Source: Octopus sinensis
Lineage: Eukaryota
Assembly: GCF_006345805.1 (NCBI RefSeq)
Contig: NC_042998.1
Location: 157,852,001 to 157,916,000, forward strand
Length of the DNA stretch: 64,000 bases
Direction: 5' to 3'
In this document: positions 55,174 to 64,000 of the stretch, piece after piece
Position numbering within the stretch: the stretch's first letter is position 1
Layout: each line of letters starts with the position of its first letter
The notes under the pieces: model-generated
Databases searched by the model: none
Told to the model about the DNA's origin: nothing
Seen by the model: the letters and a program-made list of their open reading frames with translations, nothing else
Position numbers and translations under genes: made by a program

Positions 55174-55886
55174 TAATAATGAAATTATTGTATACAGTGC
55201 TCAGGTGCACCACAACTTGTAAAAAGTGCGTATAAACAAGATACCACATCTTTTGTATTTCGATTTCCGTGTCCTTATATTTACTTAATATGTCAAATTC
55301 CTTTACAAATATATTTTCATCAGAGGGAACACTTACATCTTTTAGTCTGCAAGTATTGTCTTTTGTCTTTAATGACTATGTCTGGTCGATTAGCCTTGAT
55401 TGCTCTGTCTGTGTTGACTTAAAATCCCAGAGGAAAGTGACATTTTTACCTTCAACGACTGGCTCAGGATGATGTTCATACCAGTAAGTAGAAGTGGTGT
55501 TTTGCAATGTTTACATATTTTTCAATGGAAATACTGTCCTACCTTATCGAGGCAATCTTTGTACATGTTTGGTATCAGCACGGGACACCCCAAGACGAGA
55601 TGGTCTATTGTTTCATCAAATCTATCGCAGAATCTGCATTTAGGGTCAGAACCGTTTTGAAGAACGTTAGCCTGGTAGTTTCTTGTAAGCAAGCTTTGAT
55701 CTTGTGTCGCTAATATGAAACCTTTGATTGAGTGTTGCTTGGTCTACAGCAGCATTTCGGCTTCGAAGTACACGCTGTCCATGCAGAGGTTTCTGACTCC
55801 ACCGCACCTCAATTTGTTTCTATCTTCTTGTTTTTGCAATCTGTTTGATCCGTTTTGCCTTTTTTGGTAGCTGTAGTTTCAGGTTG

Positions 55887-55890
<4 letters not shown>
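54553..55890 (-). mobile_element. Cluster of three RLE-element 3' fragments (54553-54810, 54960-55107, 55170-55890) separated by TAA tracts or junctions
   Basis: 3' UTR shared with the 36626 element; VPVIVGALGMI; GFILATQDQSLLTRNYQAN and WYEHHPEPVVEG. Confidence 0.8.
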
Positions 55891-55924
<34 letters not shown>

Positions 55925-56279
55925 CTTATACTGCTCATAACTCTCGACTTTGCTTGCTCTGGTTAATTCTGTAAGAGCAGACATGCTGCTGTGAAAGGTC
56001 TCACGGGTTCACTTCTCACGAATTATGACACATGCTCGACTTCTAAGTACCAATCTCAAAATTCTAGCTCTCCCCAATAGTACTGTTTTTTACGGCATGA
56101 TCTTCCCTCGCGTCAATTCCAGCTTTGACATATTTCCCGAACTTGATTGTTAATACTGTAAATGCCCATACAACTACTGAGATAACAGTTGTTATTTCCA
56201 TTTAAATTTTTTTATAATTGCTTGCTAATTTAATTAGGAGATATTTTATCTTGAGGTTTAGTGACAACAAGTCTCCTTA

Positions 56280-56684
56280 AATCTCAAGATTGTTTCTTAG
56301 GGTTCTTGGAGAATATAGGGCGGTACATTAACTGCAGGTCGACAATGCGACCTATTTCAGTCTTTTAGGTAGGAGTTTGGGTGTTCTGCCAAATGCACCA
56401 ATTATTACGGGAATAATTGTTGTCTTGGTCTCCCACAGTCTATTCTGTTCTCTGGCTAGATCTTGATATTTCGTAACTTTTAAAGTTTTTTGGTATGCAC
56501 TCAGATTTCATAGGGAATTGCAAAACCTATGAACTTACACTGTTTATTGCCATGTATGTTCATGCTCAGTCTTCTTGCTTTAATAGTATGTGGAGTCGTA
56601 ATGGAAAAATCCCATAAGATCTCGTACTTTGCATTATCTCTAACAAACTCTGCTTCATGTTTATATAAACGTTTCGCATGTTTA
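56280..56684 (-). mobile_element. Decayed RLE-element 3' fragment
   Basis: YEILWDFSI, KYQDLA, WETKTTIIPVIIGAFG. Confidence 0.75.
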
Positions 56685-57075
56685 GAGTAGCACATGACAT
56701 ATAAGTGATACTGCGATACAATTATACGAAGCCCAATATAGCAATCATTACTATCCGTCTCATAAGGGTACACTAGACACGTGCAACAGAATCATATGTG
56801 CGCCATGTGCTGACCTCATATCAAGTCAGAAGCTACATGACTTTTGAGGAGGGGCTCACTTTTTTCTCTAGGTTGATAAGCCCATCTCGCTTAAAACGTC
56901 CATGAATAATGTTAGTTTAACGATGTTGAACGAAACACATATGTCCAGAGGTGAATTATTGGAGCCGCACTATTTCTACTTGCAATCAGAGATGCACATA
57001 TGGTCAAGCAACTGACAAGCAAGTCTGTGGTATTGAGCAGAAAATATTTGCTTTAGCCCATCTTTTGCACCAAGA
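56685..57075 (-). mobile_element. Degenerate TAA-associated element copy
   Basis: CCGTCTCATAAGGGTACACTAGACACGTGCA..GCAAGTCTGTGGTATTGAGCAGAA. Confidence 0.75.
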
Positions 57076-57119
57076 TTTAACACGTACATTTTAACTCTTC
57101 TAGGCCATTTATTATCATT

Positions 57120-57176
<57 letters not shown>

Positions 57177-57182
57177 GTAATA

Positions 57183-57234
<52 letters not shown>

Positions 57235-57235
57235 C

Positions 57236-58298
<1,063 letters not shown>

Positions 58299-58571
58299 GT
58301 AATATTATTATTATTATTATATTTAATTTAGTTTATATCTTATATCCTTTATCTTTCACTTTTATAGTTATTAGACTGCAGCCATGCTGGTGCATCGCCT
58401 AGAAGAATTCTTTAGTCGAATGAATCGACCCCAGTACTTATATATTGTTTAAGCCTTGTACTTATTCCATCGGTCATCTCTGTCAAACCCTATGTTACGG
58501 GACCTAAGCAAACCTACACCGGTTGTCCCGCGGTGGAGGAGTGGGATGACAAAACTAGACACAAACACACA

Positions 58572-58628
<57 letters not shown>

Positions 58629-59403
58629 TATATATATATGTCATATATATACGGTGGGTTTTTTACTTTCCGTCTACCGAATGCACTCACAAAGTTTTGG
58701 TTGGCCCGAGGCTATATTAAAAGAAACTTGTCCAAGGTTCCACTGCCACCTCGAACTTAGAATCATATGGTTGGAAAGCAAACTTCTTACCATAAAGCAT
58801 ATTATTCACTGAGTTCTGTACCTGTCTTTTTACTTTATTTATATTTATTTGAAAAAAACATTGTAATATAAATATTTCTCTAATATAATCTGTTGTGTCA
58901 GGGGAGAGTCATTTTCTTTTAGTGCCTTATTATTTAACACACTCACCGGTAAAATGTTCACTTATTTTTTATTTGAGTGTGTTAAATAGTAAGGCACAAA
59001 AAGAAAATGACTCTCCCTAGACACAACAGAATAAGCTTCAACACACGAACTCATATAAAGAATCTTGCAAACCAAATCCAAAAACGAAATCTCTAATATA
59101 AGTATTTCGCAATACCCTTTAACCTCAAGCTGAAATACATATTTGTATATTGAATAACATTTGTAACACAGTAACACAGAACTTTCAACCAATTATTCGA
59201 AAATGTTTCTTTATTAATTTTTCGAAATATGTAACATTGTAATATTCAATATTCATTAATGTTTTTTAATGATTAAATATTTGGAACCGACGTAATATAA
59301 ATAGTTGCAATTTAGATAGAGATATAGTTAGTTATATTCCATTAAAATGATTTACTCAACTTCATATCTACTTTAATATAACCTGATTTCGACTTACTGT
59401 TCC

Positions 59404-59450
<47 letters not shown>

Positions 59451-59523
59451 ATATATATATTATATTATATATATATTACGTCATGAATTTGTTTTTGAAG
59501 TGCTGAAATGTATTGTAGTACAA

Positions 59524-59780
59524 GTAGAAAGATATATATTTCAACACGTAAATACTGATATAAGAATATAAATGGGATAATATCCCTTACAGAGCAGAAA
59601 AATCCAGTCACAAAGATTTAGCCGTCCCCAGGCTATAATAGAAGGCACACATCCAAGGTGCCACGCAGTGGGCCTCAACCCGGAACCATGTTGCTGACAA
59701 TTTTTTCTGCTCTGTAAGGGATATTATCCCATGTATACTGTTCTATCAGTATTTACGCGATGAAAAATATACCTTTCTAC
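59524..59780. repeat. Diverged inverted repeat (59524-59602 / 59701-59780) with a SINE fragment in the loop
   Basis: GGGATAATATCCCTTACAGAGCAGAAAAA vs TTTTTCTGCTCTGTAAGGGATATTATCCC; loop contains AACCCGGAACCATGT. Confidence 0.8.
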
Positions 59781-59850
59781 TAGTACTATGATATATATGA
59801 GAGTATTGTATTTCGCTTGAAGCATTGTGTATTGTTTGTAAAGAATAACT

Positions 59851-60048
59851 AGTTTTGAATGGTATAACAATGCACTATAATACAAACGATGGGCCATATA
59901 CATATTGTAATTTAGTCATAATTAGTCTGATAATATTTCGGAATAAGGAATTTTATTCCGAAATATTATCAGACTATGGATGACTAGATTACAACAGGTA
60001 TATAGCCCATTGTTTGTATTATAGTGCATTGTTGTACCATTCAAAACT
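59851..60048. repeat. Diverged ~200-bp palindrome (MITE-like)
   Basis: AGTTTTGAATGGTATAACAATGCACTATAATACAAA vs TTTGTATTATAGTGCATTGTTGTACCATTCAAAACT; centre ~59950. Confidence 0.85.
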
Positions 60049-60062
60049 TACTATTATTTATA

Positions 60063-60130
<68 letters not shown>

Positions 60131-60152
60131 AATATTATATATATATATATAT

Positions 60153-60871
60153 AAAGAGCAATAAAGATTCAAGTTAATTTAAATGAATTTACTTGAATAT
60201 GGTACCTAACTTAGATGCACCAAAAAAAAACTATACTGATTTAACAATACAGTAATGTGGGGTGATTATAAGCGAGAAAGAAGCAACAAGAATGGATAGG
60301 TTTTTAGTACGATCGTTTCATACAAGGACAGGTTTTATTAAAAGTTGCAAAGATTACAGCATATAAACGAGTCCCGTACTCATCAGCTAAAATACATGTA
60401 AGTTCTCTAGACATCCTAGTGTTTGAGGCTATACTCATGAAGTAATGTAGATAATTAAGTAACATAAACAGATTTCTAAAGTTCATTAAAGTTCTTTAAA
60501 GATGATGTACAGTCTTATCACAGAATTTTAAAAAAGTTTTGATAGCATCACAGAGAAGGTGACCTAATTCATATGGATTAGGTCACCTTCTCTGTGATGC
60601 TATCAAAACTTTTTTAAAATTCTGTGATAAGACTGTACATCATCTTTAAAGAACTTTAATGAACTTTAGAAATCTGTTATGTTACTTAATTATCTACATT
60701 ACTTCATGAGTATAGCCTCAAACACTAGGATGTCTAGAGAACTTACATGTATTTTAGCTGATGAGTACGGGACTCGTTTATATGCTGTAATCTTTGCAAC
60801 TTTTAATAAAACCTGTCCTTGTATGAAACGATCGTACTAAAAACCTATCCATTCTTGTTGCTTCTTTCTCG

Positions 60872-60877
<6 letters not shown>
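60153..60877. repeat. (TA)n-flanked fold-back insertion (arms ~60267-60570 and ~60575-60877)
   Basis: Near-perfect reverse-complement arms, loop ATAT; extra unique 60153-60266. Confidence 0.95.
60752..60842 (+). ncRNA. Type I hammerhead ribozyme (mirror copy 60302-60392, minus strand)
   Basis: Stem I TTTTAG/CTAAAA; CTGATGA 60758-60764; stem II GTACGGGAC/GTCC(T)TGTAT; GAAA 60825-60828; palindrome ACGATCGT; GTA cleavage after 60836. Confidence 0.87.
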
Positions 60878-60907
<30 letters not shown>

Positions 60908-61461
60908 CCTTTACTTTTTTTGATTCCCAATGTGCATTTTCGTTTATTTTTTTCTCTCTCCTTACATTACCACGTGTAGTTTCTATTTATTTTTTTTAAC
61001 ATATTTCTATTATATATATATATAAATTGTAACCGTTTATCTATTTTTCCATGTTAATTGTAAACAAGGGAAAATACACACAAATACATAAGAGATGGCC
61101 ATAACAGGAGATTTGACCTGCTAGAAGGAGTCGTTAAACTCCAAACCACTATTAGGGGTAATTTCGAAAGGGAATGAAAAATTAAAACATTTACTCTCTG
61201 TTTCCTGTACCATGGTTGCAAGCAAACTTCAGAAATAAAATAATTTACTCGGCGAAGCTCTCGTCAGCAGGAAAGCCATGATTAACATATAAAGACAAGG
61301 CGATAAAGAACATGCCTCGCGTTTACATGTTATAATTTTTCAAAATCCAACGCGCAAACGCGGTTTTTTGTCGGCAGCAAATACAAAAAATGTCGATTTT
61401 CTTCCAAAATTAGCCACACAAATCATTGTCATTATTAATAAGTTCCAGGAGGAATTTATTA

Positions 61462-61496
<35 letters not shown>

Positions 61497-61650
61497 CAGA
61501 GATAGATATATAGATAGAGATAGATAGATAGATAGGTGTTAGGAACACATTGCAAGAAATAGGTGCTAAAATGCTGCAATGCTCTGGTTAAAGCATATAG
61601 GGACTACAATCGTCCGCAAAGCAAGTATACACATATAAGTGTGTGTGTGA

Positions 61651-61691
<41 letters not shown>

Positions 61692-62599
61692 TGTGTGTGA
61701 GTGTGTGCAAGCGAGCAGAATCGTTAGTATGCCGGGCTTAGCGGCATATCGTCGGTCTTTAAAGTCTGAGTTAAAATTCTGCTGAAGTTCACTTTGTCTC
61801 TCATCCTTTTGGCGTCGATAAAAGAAGTTTTAAATGAGTGCTGGGGTCGATGAAATTAACTTGCCCCTATCGCTAAATTGCATTGTGTCAAAATTTGAAA
61901 TTCAACTGTATATTCGCACGTAAGTCGATATATGTATGTTTGTATGTATGTATCTACATTTCTCAAATGGAAGTAAATGCGAAATCGTTGCATTTAGACG
62001 GAATGCACTCATAATATTCGTCTTGTATTGCCGTGGAGAGGGTTAAATAATAGTTTTATCTAATAGTTACAATTTAAATTTCTTAATTTAATATAACTAC
62101 GAGACTTTCCGTACTATTTTTTTCTAATCTATATTAAATAGACACACGTGTATTTAAATTAAATGTTCTTGAATAAGTTTTAAGTACAATGCATTCCATC
62201 AATTACCTGATTTCGACTGCAATTTAAGTAAACAAGCTGTTACAATGTTTCTTGAAATTATGAGATTTGTTCCGTTTTTAAACGTTATCGTTTAATAGTT
62301 TTATATTTCTTGCTCTTTTTAATATTTTGAATACATTTTACTATATGTAATTAAATTTAAATCTGGAAAAGTGTTTTTGTAAGCAAATTCCGCTGCCAGA
62401 CTGTTTAAATAGAATGTTCTCTAATATTATTAATGATTAATATAACTGTTTATAAATATTACTCAATACTGCCAAATATCGTCCTCTTCCTCACATTCTC
62501 TTATAATTTTATACAAAATTATATTTCAAACGCTGCAAAATTGGAAAATGTTTACTTTAATTTAAAACATATTTCAATAACAGCTAAATGTAGTTTCAA

Positions 62600-63546
62600 G
62601 TTGTATAACCAGTGGATATTAAACGAGGATTACAACGGTTTGCCTGTTTTAAGCTAAGATACTAAGACTACACATAAAACAGTAAAGCAATAAATTTTCC
62701 ATAAATTTTCAATAATATTGAGATTCTCGAGACTGTGGTGGCCAGATAAAATGTTCAACTTCACTAGAATGTTTCTTGTGCCATTCAGTAATAACTTTAG
62801 CTATATGAATTGGTGTATTATCATCCTGAAAGACTGCGTTTCCAATTCCTCAACAATAGGATGAATTTGATCAGATAAAATGCTTAAATGGTCTTGACTA
62901 TTAATTCTGCCTTGAAAGGAAAACCATTGGGCCGGCGAATTTCCAAGATATAGCACCACCCCCAGATCATCACAGATCCTTTTCCCTGTTTAAAAGTTGG
63001 AAGAAGGTAGTCTGGGCCAAATGTTTTTTATGGCTGTCTCCACACGTATACTAAGCCAGTTGTCTAAAATAAGGTAAAGAATGGCTAGTCCAAGAAAATA
63101 ACATTCCTCCACTGCTCCAGGGACCAATTCTGTAGGTTTTTACTCCACTCTAAACGCTTTGCAACATTTGTTTTTGAAAGTAGTGGTTTTCTGATTGCAG
63201 CCCTCCCGTGAAATCTGGCTTTGTGCAGCTCCCGGCGAACAATTTTTGTGGAAACTTGGTTCTCGAAGGGAGTTCTTAAGCTCCGTAGTAATTTTTGGAG
63301 CTTTACTTTTGTGATCTTTTCTAACAATTCGCGTAAGAGTCCGACAGTCCCTATCTGAAAGTTTTGGTTTTCTTCTGGAGTTTGTTTCGATGAGGAGGTT
63401 TTTCTCACTTTCTCAAAGGCTGTCATTATTTTTGAGACAGTACTTCTTGATATACCAAACATTTCATCCATATTCGTCACGCTAGCACCTGCCATACGAG
63501 CACCAACAATTTGAGCTTTTTGAAAATGTATTTTCTTTAACATCAA
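62600..63546 (-). pseudogene. Tc1-like transposase, DD36E (Incomer-type), decayed
   Basis: QIVGARMAGASVT..VSTKIVRRELHK..HGRAAIRKPL..VIFLD; QDDNTPIH then 36 residues to E in SRDLNIIE after removing one inserted base near 62726. Confidence 0.85.
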
Positions 63547-63550
63547 GGGA

Positions 63551-64000
63551 GGTGTCTGCAGAGATTACGCTTTGCTAGTTACCAAGAGCTTAAATGAAGC
63601 CTCTTTAGAACGAACTAGGAAAGATCTGCACAAATTTTTCAATAGCCTCATTCTATCTGTTACTTTTGAAAATTCCCACGAAAACACAGAAGTTTTCTAG
63701 ATGCAACTTTAAACTTAGAAACCTCCCAGTAATCCCCATATTACAAACCTAACCATTACCTGAAGTACTTAAACATTAATCCCAATCACCACAAATCCAC
63801 TATTGATTATATAGTTAAGAGTATCTCAATTCGTATATCAGGCTGCTCATCCACTGAGGAAATATTCGATAACCACACCCCATATTACAACAAAGCGCTC
63901 GCTGCCAGCGGCTTCTCCCAACAAATAAAATACAACCCTAATACTAGGCTCAAGCAACATATATCTCAAATCATATCACAGCAACATGCCAACCACAAGA
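63551..64000 (+). mobile_element. Penelope-like element RT fragment (palm end and thumb), runs off the window
   Basis: GVCRDY (degenerate GLYRDD)..ERTRKDLHKFF..FLDATLNL..PYYKPN..NH..SISIRIS..SSTEEIF..PYYNKALAASGF; one frameshift, one stop. Confidence 0.8.

Overview
AT-rich, repeat-saturated eukaryotic DNA with no supportable host gene. The microsatellite load and SINE families resemble octopod cephalopod genomes (inference from recalled repeat sequences). Contents: microsatellites; tRNA-derived SINE fragments; four decayed Tc1/mariner elements (one with a spliceosomal intron, one DD36E); a pile-up of R4/Dong-type RLE non-LTR retrotransposons and a ~530-bp non-coding element, all in (TAA)n; two Penelope-like element (PLE) coding fragments. 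Main observation: five unrelated insertions sit in (TA)n tracts as fold-back structures (4919-7977, 11268-14810, 42391-45347, 46741-47390, 60153-60877). Each carries a type I hammerhead ribozyme that I could fold by hand, and in all five the ribozyme strand points outward from the inversion centre. Two are near-identical tandem concatemers of ~602-bp and ~476-bp units. This suggests hammerhead-bearing, possibly circular RNAs (retrozyme/PLE pLTR-like) being reverse-transcribed into (TA)n sites. Folds and alignments are manual, not computed.
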